Source of the DNA: Podarcis tiliguerta
Lineage: Eukaryota
NCBI GenBank assembly: GCA_965153285.1
Contig: OZ229117.1
Direction: 5' to 3' (one strand)
Length of the DNA stretch: 64,000 nucleotides
Below are positions 1 through 11,200 of this stretch, in pieces (the first letter of the stretch is position 1; each line of letters opens with the position of its first letter). The notes under the pieces are model-generated. The model saw only the letters and a list, made by a program, of their open reading frames with translations. It was not told the DNA's origin and ran no database searches. A program made the translations under genes and the position numbers.

Positions 1-10
1 CCTCATGCAG

Positions 11-117
11 AGACGTCAGAAGCTGCATACCTGCTGGCGGTAAGTGCCAACGGCCAGTGGTTAGCTGCAGCTAGTGGTGATCGGGCAGTCAACATCTACA
101 ACTTGGAAGATGCCAAG
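11..117 (+). CDS. UTP4: UTP4 internal exon
   Basis: atgcag| acceptor, AAG|gtgag donor; TSEAAYLLAVSANGQWLAAASGDRAVNIYNLEDAK. Confidence 0.9.
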
Positions 118-3100
118 GTGAGCCAAGCAGAACCTGCCTGCAGTGGTGAGAGGTTGAACCTGCTTGGTCTGAAAAAGTGAAGCAGGTTCATCAGGTCTCT
201 TTGCTGCATCCTCACCATGAGGGTGATTGAGAGTTCTGAGAGCCTTCTGGGCTCCTGCTGTGCAATGATACGGCCCCAGATGAAGGGAAGGGGGCAGCCT
301 GGGCCACCTGGGTGGGAGGAAGGCTTGGTGAACCCCACTGTCTCTCTCTCTCTTGTCCAGCCTCATTGCACGGTGCCTGCATATGACTGCCCAGTGACTG
401 CCTTGGCCATTCACCCAGTGACCAATAATGTTGTGATCGTCCACTCAGATCAGCAGGTAAGATCTTCACAGCCAACTTTATCTTCCAAGCCTCACTAGGC
501 ACACAGAGAATCGGGGGGGGGGGGGAGTTTGCTCCATCTGTGTGCAGAAGAGTTTTGCCCCCGCTATTGCAGTCAGTCCCAATTGCTCACAAGGAGGATA
601 GTGGTGGGAAGAACCTGGGAATCGTTTCCCTGGTACAAGTGTAGGGACTGCCAGCAGTGTAAGTTCTGTATCCAAGGCAGGTGAAATGTCTTGTTTCCAC
701 TGGAGAGGTTACCGTATTTTTCATCCCATAGGACGCACCGGCCCATAGGATGCACCTAGGTTTTTTTGGGGGGGGGGAAATAAAGGAAAAAATCCAAACC
801 AGGTCGGGGAACAGCGGGATGGCGGCGCTGCGCCTCCCCGCTGTCCCCCAAGCTTGTGGGACTGCCTGATGTCTGCCCGAAGTGCAGGGCGCTCTGCTTC
901 AGCGCTCCCCACACTCTGTGCAGCAGGCTGCTATCTGCAGCCTAGGGAGCCCTGCGGGAACTCCCGCAGGGCTCCCCAGGCTTGCTGATAGCTTCAGCGA
1001 AAGCCTGCATTCGCCCCATAGGACGCACACAGATTTCCCCTTCATTTTTGGAGGGGGAAAAGTGCGTCCTATAGGGCGAAAAATAGGGTTCTTTGCTTAT
1101 TACTTGTGTGTGTAGCCCACCCTTCAAGGGTCCCAGAGCGGCTTAATATTACAGGCAGGTGCTGCTTGGGGGCTTCCCTTTGGGGCATCTGTTTGGTTGC
1201 TGTGAGAACAGGATGCTGGACTAGGTAGGCCCCCTTTGGCCTGATCCAGCCGCCAGGCTCTTTTAAGCTCACAATTAAAAACAAATGCAGCTTGCCATTC
1301 AAACAATAAAACAAGAACCACCAAACAGTGATGTCAAAATAACAGAAGAGCAGCATAGAACTGCAGCACATAGCGATGCAGGAGGAGGGAAGATGTCTAC
1401 TCAGCCAAAGGCCTCCTGGGTCAAGTGATGTGTCCTGACTAATCAATTAAAAGCATGCAGTGCACAGAGACAAGCCCCAGAGGGGAGGGCATTCCACAAC
1501 CTGGGAGCCACTACAGGGAAGCCCTCTCACTGACTGCCCCCCTTGAAAGCCTCTCTTCTGATCATCCACCAGAGTGGCCAAGGTAGTTTTGGTGCTGTAT
1601 CTGGGTGTGAAGCCGGATTAAGTGTGTCTAGATCAATATTATTTGCAGTTCTGCAACAAAAACCAGTTCTTTGCTATTATGATTGAAGGTGAGCTACAGG
1701 CCAGGGTGTTTCTATTCCAGGGAAGTCCAAAATTTGGCATCCCGGAGGTGGCGGGGGAGATTCACTTTTGTTTTTTTCCCTATGATCCATCTCTAGGGTA
1801 ACCTTTGCCAACCAGAAGTTTTAAACTACAGTTCCCATCAGCCCAAGGCAACACAGCTGGGCAGCTCCAGCATCTTGTGGCCATGCTGCCTGGGGCAGAT
1901 GGGGGTTGTACCCCAAAATCTCTGCAAGGCACCAACTGTCATGCTTTATGGGGCTGAGCCCCTACTTGACAGAGCTGCTCCTCCAGCCCTCTGTTGTTTG
2001 TCTTCCTCTTTCCCAGATGTTTGAGTTCAGCATCACCAACAAAGAATACACCCCCTGGAGCCGGAAGATACAGAAGCTCGGGCTGCCCAAGCATTGGCAG
2101 AAGCGGGAGACACCCATCACCCATATTGCCTTCAGCCCCCAGCAGGCCTCCCACATTCTGCTGCATGACACATTCATGTTCTGCATCCTGGATAGGTCCA
2201 CGGTGAGGAAGGTTCCAGCACCAGACCATTGGCAGTTTGCCACACAAGGGTGCACAGCACCTGCTGTTGTCTGAGCCACTGGTCACATCCAGCCCATTCC
2301 TAGACTTGTCTGCAAGGGTACCAGGGTGAGGAATGCCCAAAAGCTCAGTGGCAGAGCACGTGCTTTGCATTACAAGAGGATCAGGTGGCAGGTACTGAGA
2401 GGTCTTGCTTTGGTTGGGCCTCACCTGGAGTCGCTGTGTCCCATTCTTGAACACCACAGTTTGCTACAGAAAGATGGAATGTGGCAGAGGAGTGTGGTGA
2501 AAGTGGCGAGGGGCCTGGAGAAAGTCCTGTGAGGGAAGGGCTGGTGTAGAGTGGGGAGGATTTTCCATTCAGAGTAGGTGATCCATCAAACTGATGGGTT
2601 CAAATGTCAAGGAAGAGGATTTAGGTCACATCCACACCACACATGGCTTCCCCCAAATATTTTTAATTTTCTGCTCGCAGACCAACAATTCCAAGCAATC
2701 TTCACAAACTACAGTTCCCAGGATTCTTGGGGAGGGGGGAAGCCACATGGTTTAAATGTGCTTGAAGGGTATGGTGTTGATGTTCTTTCAGCTAAATGTT
2801 AGGAAGGGCATCCTAGCAGTGGGTGGTATTAAACACTAGTCCTACTCATAGGTACACTAAGTTAATGGACATGACTAATCTAGGTATGTCTACTCATGAG
2901 TTAGATACCACCCAGTTAGAGCTGTTTGGAACCAGCGGGGAGGTAGCAGGCTCTCCTTCATGACAGGTTTTTATGCAGAGGCTGGATGGAAACCTGTCAA
3001 GGATGCCAAGGGCATGGCTTTCCTGCATCCTCAGAGGGTTGGACAATGACCTTTTGAGCTCCCTTCCAACTTTTATGATTCTGTATGCCCAAGACCCTGG

Positions 3101-5050
3101 AGAGCTGCTGCCAATCATAATAGACAGGTGGACCATCAGTTAGAATAAGGGACCCTCACAGGTTCAAACATCACTTCTGGGTCAGTGATGGCACATCTAT
3201 TTTGTCCTGGTAGGGGGACTTCTGTAGGTTACAATCATGGAGGTTCGGGGGGAGGTGGGGGCGCAAAGCTGGCTGACATGTCTAAGAAAGGCTCCAGGAG
3301 TCTGGGGAGGATTACAGATTGCTCCAGCTCATAGACTACCATAGGTAGACCTGGAGGCTGCTTCCAGCAGGGGGACTTAGCTGGGTCATTTTTGTCCTGG
3401 CAGAGAGTGCAACACAGCTCCGAGGCAAATTAGCTGCACTGCTTGTTCTCCACAGCTTTGTGAAATGGGATATGATCTGAAACATTTGTGAAGCTGACAA
3501 CCACAGCTTCCCTGTGCCCTCAGTAACACTGCCTTTTCTCTCTCCAGTCGCAGCCTGATGACTCTGCCTTCTTGAATGACCAGCAGTCCCATGCACAGTA
3601 CTCCAAGGTTGCTCCCTGTGGCTCCAGGCCCTTCAAGTTCTGCAGAAAGTACCAGGTTCGTCTTTGTGCATCTGCACCCCACCCCACTGGACCCAGGAGA
3701 GGCAAAAGGGAACACCCCCCCCCCAACACAGTGCATGGTTCAGGGATGCAGGGAGCTGCCATCAGGTCTGGAGCTGGCTGAGAGGACTCTGAAAGTGGGT
3801 TTTACAAATCCATGGAGAAACGTTTGGGGAGTACCAGCAATGCCCTGACCAGGGTGCTGGCATGGTTGAAGGCTAACCCTGGTCTGACCAGAAGCAGAGT
3901 GCTTCGAGCCTCAAAACAGCCCCGCTGGACCAGACCAAAGGAGACCATTTAGCCCACTGTCCTGTTCTCACAGCGGCCAACTAGTTGCTACAAAGGGAAG
4001 CCCACAAGCAGGACCTGAGTGCAACAGCAGCCCTCTCCCCTTGTGGTTCCCAGCAGCAGGCATTATTCAGAAGGATATTGCCTCTGACAGTAGACGGAGA
4101 ACATAGCCTTATTCTCCTCCATGAATTTGCCTACTTCTCTTTTAAAGCCAGGCACGTTGGGGCCATCACTACTCCAAGCCATGCTCCGGTTGGCTTGGCA
4201 ATGAAGCTGGTGCCTCTGGGCCAGAGAGAGGTGCATCTGTGGCAGGGAAGTACAGCTTCATTGCCAAGGCCGCAGAGCTGTTTCCTCTGTTGCTAGAAAA
4301 TCCATGTGTCCCATAAGGAGCAGGGCTGCTGTTAAGCCTGCCGGCCTATTTTTCAAATCCCAAGTAGCCACACGGCACAAGGAGCGGTGTGTCAGTCCCA
4401 CATTACACTGAGCACAATGAGAGAGCAATAAATGACAGAAGACAACAGGCATCATAAGCCCACTGCCTTTGATTTCTTGAACAAGAGTGGCAGAGGCAAA
4501 AAGGGTGAGTGTGGCGAGACTCTATCTCCAACACAAGGGGGAGAAGTCTCCCAGTGGCTACTAAAAGCACCATCCTTCCTGTTCAGAGGCAGCTTGTTGC
4601 TTAACACCAAGGAGTATCAACAGAGCAGCTGAGAGGCATTTGATTGACAGCTGTAGGCTATAGGATGCCAGAGTAGATGGCTTCCCTTGGTCTGATTCAA
4701 CAGGCCTCTCTTTAGGTATTGATGCGAGTGTCCTGGAATGGCTGTGAGAAGGGCTTTTGCTGCTGTCCTATCTGGGCAGCTGATACTTTGTAGCATGAAA
4801 ATAATTGCATGTCCGCAGGCAACATGTGTTGGGCACAAGATGACACCCTATCTTGAGCCCATTCTGTCCAAAGGTTGCCAACTGCCATCCTCTGCTTATT
4901 CTAACTCTCCTCCTTTTTTCTTCCCCCTGGCAGCCGTTGCTGTTTGTGGACCTGTTGGATAAGAATTGCCTGGTGGTGGTGGAGCGGTCTCTGGCAGACA
5001 TCAAGGTGCAGCTGCCCCCGCCTGTCTATCTAAAGAAGTTTGGCACGTAA
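11..5050 (+). CDS. UTP4: U3 snoRNA-associated protein 4 (cirhin), 3' part; join(11..117,361..456,2017..2202,3548..3655,4934..5050)
   Basis: Five GT-AG exons stay in frame: LLAVSANGQWLAAAS / PHCTVPAYDCPVTALAIHP / MFEFSI..TPITHIAFSP..ILLHDTFMFCILD / FKFCRKYQ / PLLFVDLLD..VVVERSL..QLPPPVYLKKFGT*, matching the UTP4 WD40 C-terminus ending KKFGT. Synteny with SNTB2. The 5' part lies outside the window. Confidence 0.96.
361..456 (+). CDS. UTP4: UTP4 internal exon
   Basis: ttgtccag| ... CAG|gtaag; PHCTVPAYDCPVTALAIHPVTNNVVIVHSDQQ. Confidence 0.95.
712..1088. mobile_element. Non-autonomous Tc1/mariner-superfamily (pogo/Tigger-like) DNA transposon
   Basis: Ends ta|CCGTATTTTTC..ATAGGACGCAC and GTGCGTCCTAT..CGAAAAATAGGG are inverted repeats; subterminal CATAGGACGCAC repeats. 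Confidence 0.75.
2017..2202 (+). CDS. UTP4: UTP4 internal exon
   Basis: tttcccag| ... ACG|gtgag; MFEFSITNKEYTPWSRK..FMFCILDRST. Confidence 0.95.
2915..3086 (+). mobile_element. CR1 LINE 3' end fragment
   Basis: gcagaggctggatgg..gggttggacaatgacc..cccttccaacttttatgattctgtatg is a typical CR1 3' tail. Confidence 0.7.
3548..3655 (+). CDS. UTP4: UTP4 penultimate exon
   Basis: ctctccag| ... CAG|gttcg; SQPDDSAFLN..PFKFCRKYQ; 108 nt, phase 0/0. Confidence 0.88.
4934..5050 (+). CDS. UTP4: UTP4 last coding exon
   Basis: Long pyrimidine tract then ggcag|; PLLFVDLLD..KKFGT TAA. Confidence 0.95.
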   Translation, partial: PLLFVDLLDKNCLVVVERSLADIKVQLPPPVYLKKFGT

Positions 5051-5544
5051 AGGCACCTGTCCCAGCCCTGCCATGGCTGTGGCTGTTCCATGCAAGGACT
5101 GTCAAGCAGGAAAAGAGCGAAAACCTGCAAGGTGGCAGTGTTGCCCTCCCAACTGCGATAGTCCAGAGAAGCAACAGCTCAGGTGGGCTGAAAGCATCCC
5201 CTCTCCTCCTCCTCCTCCCTTCTGATCCAAAGCAAGTGAATGTCTGGAGAGACGACCAGCAGGTCTTGGGAACCCGGCCAACTCCCATGCCTCCTTCCTC
5301 CTCCCCTCCTCTGGGCCCTTGAGCTCGCTCCTTTCCTCCGCAGCGTTATCAGGCTGACGAAGTTGGCTTTGACCTTGGGATCTAGGCTGGAATGAATGTT
5401 CTTCTCAGTCAATGATTAACCTCCAAGATACCAGCAAAGACTCCACAAGTAGCTTTGAACCTGAATGGGTGGAAGTCAGCAGAAGGGGCCAGGCTGCTAT
5501 GGAAGAGACTCGTCTGCCGGTGCCTTTGTTTGTCTCTTTTTAAT

Positions 5545-5550
5545 AATAAA
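5545..5550 (+). terminator. Probable UTP4 polyadenylation signal (AATAAA)
   Basis: First AATAAA about 500 nt after the stop, with a U-rich tract upstream and GU-rich sequence downstream. Confidence 0.65.
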
Positions 5551-7523
5551 AAAGAGTACTTGGCATTTGTACAGGGCTTTTGAGTGTTCAAAGTGCTTCA
5601 CCCACGTTACACAATGCCCCTTGGAAGGTGGGTCAGTATCGCTGAAGGTGAGACAGAGGGAGGAGGCCAGCCTAGCACTGCCGTGGCAAGATTTGAAATG
5701 GGGGACTTGCTAATTTTTTCCACTCAATTTCTTGGCTGCTGCACAGGCTGAGCATGTATTAGAGCGAGTGTCCTTGCAGGTGTCCTCCCCAGTCTCGGTC
5801 TACCATGTGCCTGTCTCTGCTCCTCCAAATGGCTATGGTGGCAGCAAATTCTAGTACTCTCCCAGACTAGGCAAACTGGTTTCAGCCCCATCAAGCAGAA
5901 ACCATGAGTCCAGCCAGTGAGGAAGACGAACAATGCTTTGCCTGACCTTGACGTCTGTGTTTCTCCCGAAGTGGGGGCGGTGATGGTCCTAAGTTTCCAG
6001 AATTCCTGAGGGGGTGAGAAGGAAGTGGCTACATGGCTGAAATGATATGTTTTGAGTTTCAGGGTGGGGGTGAGGAGAGAGTAGCGTTATGCTGCTGGGT
6101 GAAGCTGTTGGACTGATAGCCTGCTGTGTCCTTCGCTGTAATTGAAATGATCAAAATAAATCTAACTGAAGATGGGCTTGACTCGAGTGCCGTCTCTCTT
6201 CCAGCTGTGAGCTTTCCTTCCTCGCCTGTTTTCCTTCATATTCTTTTCTAGGTGTCAGATGACGGTCTTGTAGTCATGGCACTGTAGTTACTGTTGTATA
6301 GATTTATTGCATAGATTGAGCCTGTTTGTTTATTTTTAAATCCAGTGGCCATTTTGAAGAAAACAAACCACGCTTATTAGATACTGAATTGTTTGTTCTC
6401 TTAACTCAAGAACATTACAATTCAGAAATTATTACTTTAAATAAAGACAATTCCATACGTTCACAAATATGTGGGGTTTTTTTTTTCTTCCAAATAATGG
6501 AAGGCGTAGTTAATAAATAAAAACAAGGCCAATACAAAGGTCTACTACAGCAGCTCCTATAACAAATTTGCAAAATCATTTATGGTCTGTTGTGCTTGAC
6601 TCTCCCAATGAACGCCCTTTTGAAACAAGTTGGTATTGTTCCCATTTTATAGATGGGAGATTTGAAGCTTTGAGAGTACAACTTACCCAATGCTGTGGCA
6701 GAGGGTGGGCCTTAAGCCCTGACTGGACCATGTAAAGTCTAAATCTTCACTGAGATAGCCATTTTGCTTAACAAGAGACATTGCGTGGCTTTTACACTGT
6801 TTGGAAGTCACGTCTTGTTATCTCAGCAGGTCCAGGGTTATTTGCTTCCTTCAAACATTCCAGGTGCAGGTGCCAATATTGAATGCATATTCGACAGTTG
6901 AACACTGGGCCCCCTACAGAGCTCTGCCTCATGCCGAAGTTGCATTCTGACTTAAGACCTGGCACTGTTTGTTCCACCCAGACTCGAAGGAGCAGGCTGC
7001 TTAGCTTAACTCGGGTAAGGCAGAAGATTTGGCTATTCCTGCAACGGACATCCCTTCCTGTCCCCAAGGTGCTGGAGCCGCAAAGAGTTTATTCCGTAAC
7101 AGAGATGTCCTCAGGAGTCCGGGATCACTGCCGATTACGTCTGCTCATGTCAAAAATAGCCTTCCACAGCCCAAGGATCAGCGGCAAAGCCTCAACATCA
7201 AGAAGGACTCTGGGCCACGCGAGGGCTTCGCCTCCTTCGTGGGAACCTACAGCCAAATTAACGCCAAGCACTTGGGGCTGCAGTTGAACCAAATCCGTCT
7301 GTCTCAACCTGCTAGAAATCTTAGCTGCAGGCCTGCCTTATTGGGCCTGTGTAATAAGCTTGCAAAATCCTCTTTTAATCCAGGCTGCCTTTTCCTCAAG
7401 CGAAACGGGGGTGATGCAAGTTGAAATTGCTCTGAAGGAAATGCAACCTGACAAAAGACTTGTGCCCATGTGGAGCAGCTCCCACTGGGGCTTTAACAAG
7501 TCCCTGGAGGGAGCAGCCCAGGC

Positions 7524-7629
7524 CAGGCTTCCCCAACCTGGTGCCCTCCAGATGTTTGGGTCTACCACTGGCTAGGGCTGATGGGAGTTGTAGTCCACAA
7601 ATCTGAAGGCACCAGGATGTGGGAAGCTG
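7524..7629. mobile_element. Hairpin hAT-type MITE copy
   Basis: CAGGCTTCCCCAACCTGGTGCCCTCCAGATGTTT..GATGGGAGTTGTAGTCC..GGCACCAGG..GGGAAGCTG; related to 14403..14539. Confidence 0.7.
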
Positions 7630-9056
7630 GCCTAAACTTCAGCCCCGCTTAGTGTTCCAGTAGAGCTTTTAATGTAGTGGTCTGTAACCTGGAATAGCTC
7701 CCCACCACAGCAGGCTCAATCCAGTAGTTTAATTCAGACAGCCTCTTTGTGATTCCAGGCCATTCTTTTCATGGTTAGTGGCCAGTCCTGTTGCTTGGAC
7801 CCTTGATCAGTGGGCACTGGGCACTGGATTTCCCCCTCTTGATGGACCACCTTCCCAAGCTGATGAGCCCCATCTGCCCCTCCCCTCTACAGCTCATGCA
7901 GAAACTGCCTTCTTGACCATTGTGTCTAGAATTGGTCTCATCTGCTCAGTCAGAGCCTGCTTTTGCATGCAGGGGAAGTCCCTAACTCACTGAGGGTTTG
8001 AGACCATTTGGTTACCCTCACCTGGTTCAGCTGGCCAGTTGAAGCTATTTCCTGTGGTGTGGCCACTGTCACATGCTGACAGCTTCTAGGAGCCACAGGT
8101 GAGAGCCGAGTGCAAGGATGGGGACCAAAAGTGGGCAAATTACCCCAGAAGGAGCATGATGTGTCCCCCACCAGAGGTATTACCCCTCTCCTAACACCCC
8201 ACACACCCCTGGAGATATGTAATAAAGAGAACAGAAAAATGGGAGAGGGTCATGCAGTGGAGGGTAAGGAAGCCTAACAAAGTTCTGATTTCCCCCGTGA
8301 TTTCTACTTCAATGCTTTTTTGAAATATCAAATGTTGTTAAACTCATTTTGGAGGGGTTGCCCCTGCTTTGCTGGTGCTCTAAACATGGCTTAATCTGCC
8401 TACTTGGTGATCTAGCACTTCTTAAATGTAGCTACAGCAATGTAAAGTTGACAGTTGAATTACACATCTGCAAATGGATGTGCTGTTAGTGGCATGTGAG
8501 AGGACATGACAGGCACCTTGCTAGGAGCTGGGTGGCTGGAGGGATCTGCTGCCTTTGCCCTTGAGAGAAAAGAGGCTGCTGACTTAACTCTTTGGCTCCC
8601 TCTTCATGGTAATGTTGCCAGAAGCCTTTCTTTAAGGTTTTTTTTTTCTTTTTCAATTTAATTTCTCTGATGAAATTGCTCTCAAGTCCTCCTGCTAGTC
8701 TCATTATTTTTTAAAACGAAAGAACTTCAACTTTTTAGTACTGTATCTTTATTCCTTTTTTTACTCGCTGATCCCCTAAAATGATGAGCTGCAGTGTGCA
8801 GCATTTATTTATTTTATTTCATTTAATTTATATACCACTTGATTGTAGAAAACCTCAATGAGGTTTACAGAAAGAATAAAACAGTAAGATTATTAGTAAA
8901 AACAATTAAAACATTCAAAAAATTAAAACCAGTAATAAACTAAAAACACACCAGCTTCTCATCATCTGGGTAGGCTTGTCTAATCAAACATGTTTTTAGC
9001 AGGGGCCCAAAAAAGTACGGTGAAGTGAAGACGATCTCTCAGCATTATCTACAGTC

Positions 9057-9188
9057 CAGGAGTAACCAAAGTGGTGCCCACCACATGTAACTGGACTGCA
9101 GCTCCCATCCTTCCTGACTTTAGATTGGGACTGATGGGATTTGTAGTCCAAACACATTTGGAATACCCAACTATGTTGGCTGTTGCTG
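9057..9188. mobile_element. Hairpin hAT-type MITE copy (diverged)
   Basis: ggactgcagctcccatc ... gatgggatttgtagtcc inverted arms. Confidence 0.6.
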
Positions 9189-9194
9189 GCCCAT

Positions 9195-9312
9195 GCAGGA
9201 GCCAGCTGCGCTCTTTTCTCCACAGAAGGCTTTTGCAGCCCGGACAGGAGTTTCCAGGGACTGAACCTGGAGCCTTCTGCATGCAAAGCAGATGCACTGA
9301 CGCTGAGGAGCA
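9195..9312 (-). mobile_element. tRNA-derived squamate SINE (Squam3-like), partial
   Basis: Minus strand reads agctgctcctcagcgtcagtgcatctgctttgcatgcagaaggctccaggttcagtccctgg, a tRNA-like head with a B-box. Confidence 0.6.
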
Positions 9313-10139
9313 GCTTTCCGCGCGGGACAACAACGGAGTAAAAAAACTCACTGCACCTGAAAGTGAGCATTGGAAAGTGAATGGAGGGTGAGACAAATAT
9401 TTTCCTCGCCTGTGCAGGATGGCCAGGATTAGCTTCGTATTAATCCGGAGTAACTAAATCCAGAGCAGTCATCGACGAACTGCTCACACCTCCGCATCCT
9501 CCCTACTCTCCCCCCACAAGCGCCACGCGGACGCAACTACCCGACGTCACTCTCCTTGGAGTTTGGGTCTGGGCCACGCCCTCTATTTCTCTGTGACTCG
9601 AAACCGGCTTAGACTTCGATGTAGAAGGAAACACAGGTCTTCGCTTCCGGAACTTTTAGGCAGTTTCTCTCCCCCACCAGGGTCTGAAGTGAAAGCCGTG
9701 CAGAAAATCAGGACTTTAGCCCAGGAGCAGCAAATCAAGGAGTCCCCCAGCAATGGAGAGTTGTAGCCAAAAATCCGAACCAACCTCAACTCGCCTTCAC
9801 CTCTAATCTGCAGTGTTTTCTCTAGACTACACTGCGGGGCTGTCGTAGACCATTGTATCCGATACATGCATCCGCCAACCTACATGCGGTGTTTTTAATA
9901 CATGGTGCCACTAATAATAAAGAGCTGTACTTACTTTAGGACTATGTCACTTGTAGGACTTTTTATGTTTTAAAACTAAAAGATTATGGTTTTGCTGCTG
10001 CTGCTGTTTTGTCGAGCTACTTGATTTCGTCCTTAATTTTTAACTGAACTTTTAAAAAAGTCTCTTCTCTAAATGCGAACCCCGATATTCCCCTATCCCG
10101 ATCAGGGGTGTCGTCACTCTAACTTTTTTTTTATCTCTA

Positions 10140-11200
10140 TGGTGTGTGGGGGGAGCTCCGCCTCCCGCTCCCACCAAATCCGCTTTGCCGCAGCCGCGCT
10201 CACACCGTCCGGCCTCGCCCCTTTGGGCGGGGAGAGGCGGGGTCTGCCGGGGTTCCCAATCCGCCTCCTTATAGGGGGCGGGCGGCGGGCGCGCGCGGCC
10301 CATTCTCCTCCTCCTCCTCACTGCTGGAGTTTGCGGCTCTTCCAGCCGCTGCTGCTCCGGCGTGAGTCCGGCGCGACTCCGGTCCGGCCATGGCAGTGTG
10401 GACGCGCGCCTGCAAGGCGGGGCTGGTGGAGGTGCTGGTGCGTGAGCGCTGGGTGCGGGCGCTTGCCGAGCTGAGCGGGGAGGCGCTGGTGCTCAGCTCC
10501 GACCCGGAGCCCGTCAACGGGCTGCCCAACGGCGCCGAGTGGGGGAGCCCCGTCGCGGCTGCAGCAGCGGCAGCATCCCGAGCACGGAGCCCCGCGGGCA
10601 GCCCGGGCGGGCGGAGCGCAGCGGGCAGCGGCAGCCCGGAGATGCACCCTTCGGCGTCCGGCCACCCGCCTTCCTCGCCTCCCGGCCGGCCCTTCTCCCC
10701 TCCGCCGGGGCTGCCCGGTGGCGCGTCCTGCTCCTCCTCGTCGCCCCCGGGCTCCCCTCCGAGCGGGGTGCGCCGGGTGCGGGTAGTGAAGGCAGAGGCG
10801 GGCGGGCTGGGCATTAGCATCAAGGGCGGCCGCGAGAACCGCATGCCCGTCCTCATCTCGCGCATCTTCCCGGGGCTGGCCGCCGAGCGCTGCGGCGCCC
10901 TCCGCCTGGGAGACGCCATTCTCTCCGTCAACGGCACCGACCTCCGCGACGCCACCCACGATCAGGCCGTGCAGGCGCTCAAGCGGGCCGGCAGGGAGGT
11001 CCTCCTGGAAGGTAAGCGAGGGATTCTGGTGGGATGCGCTCTGCACGCGCTCAGGGGGCGGCGGCGCTGCCGCTGCTTTTGGTGCCACCCGCTGCTTCCT
11101 GTTCCTCGAGGCCGGGGATGGGACCCAAAATAAACAAGGCGGGGGGCGGGTGGTTAGTGAGCCCTCGAAGCTCGCTTGGGGAAGTACCTGTGCTTTCGCT
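10140..11200 (+). promoter_or_regulatory. CpG island / promoter of SNTB2
   Basis: Very GC- and CpG-rich; CCAAT at 10256-10260, CCTTATAGGG (TATA/CArG-like) at 10267-10276, GC boxes. Confidence 0.85.
10390..11011 (+). CDS. SNTB2: SNTB2 exon 1 (PH1-N, Pro/Ser-rich linker, PDZ)
   Basis: gccATGG Kozak context; GAA G|gtaagc donor. Confidence 0.95.

Noticed and set aside
6883-7424. Overlapping 131-134 aa ORFs between UTP4 and SNTB2
   Set aside because: No recognisable domain, promoter or coherent exon structure.
10269-11088. Long antisense ORFs (228 and 256 aa) over SNTB2 exon 1
   Set aside because: Shadow frames of a very GC-rich coding exon; no recognisable domain.
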